NCBI RefSeq assembly: GCF_028641065.1
Contig: NW_026576641.1
Location: forward strand, 186,001-250,000
Direction of reading: 5' to 3'
DNA: 64,000 nucleotides
Source of the DNA: Leucoraja erinacea
Lineage: Eukaryota
A program made the translations under genes and the position numbers. Positions 63,805 to 64,000 of this stretch are shown piece by piece. Under the pieces are notes generated by a model. It was not told where the DNA came from. It saw only the letters and a program-made list of their open reading frames with translations, and made no database searches. Within the stretch, counting starts at the first letter, position 1; the number at the start of each line of letters is the position of its first letter.

Positions 63805-64000
63805 CATATTTTCTCCTGTCCGATCAAACTCAGTATTCTGTTAATTAAAGAGAGAGATGTTTGCTTCATGGAGCGTGGGTGGCTGACTAAAGTACATTTA
63901 ACCCTCGAGATGTGACCAGCTTCAACTAAATCACTGATTTTAAATATCTTTTGATTATCTACAGTTGTACAGGGCCCTCGTGAGACCACACCTGGAGTAT

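Overview
Repeat-rich genomic DNA from a cartilaginous fish (inferred from the repeat and gene families; probably a skate or ray). It has two assembly gaps (about 35573-36247 and 57126-58016). Genes reconstructed by hand from splice sites: (1) the terminal B30.2/PRY-SPRY exon of a TRIM gene (3883-4412, +); (2) a complete 6-exon RING-B-box-coiled-coil-B30.2 TRIM gene (10233-25834, +, 471 aa); (3) a convergently oriented 6-exon TRIM69-like gene (46358-36330, -, 532 aa); (4) the highlight, an antigen-receptor-like gene (52437-58686, +, about 457 aa). Gene 4 has a leader, one pre-joined VJ-type exon with no RSS, three Ig C1-set exons and no transmembrane exon. It is therefore a non-rearranging secreted antibody-like molecule, matching the architecture reported for the elasmobranch MHC-linked gene UrIg. 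The rest is mobile DNA: a near full-length DIRS tyrosine-recombinase retrotransposon, many CR1, Penelope, L2, Rex/Babar and L1/Tx1 fragments, hAT and Harbinger MITEs, and many Penelope-associated hammerhead-like motifs.
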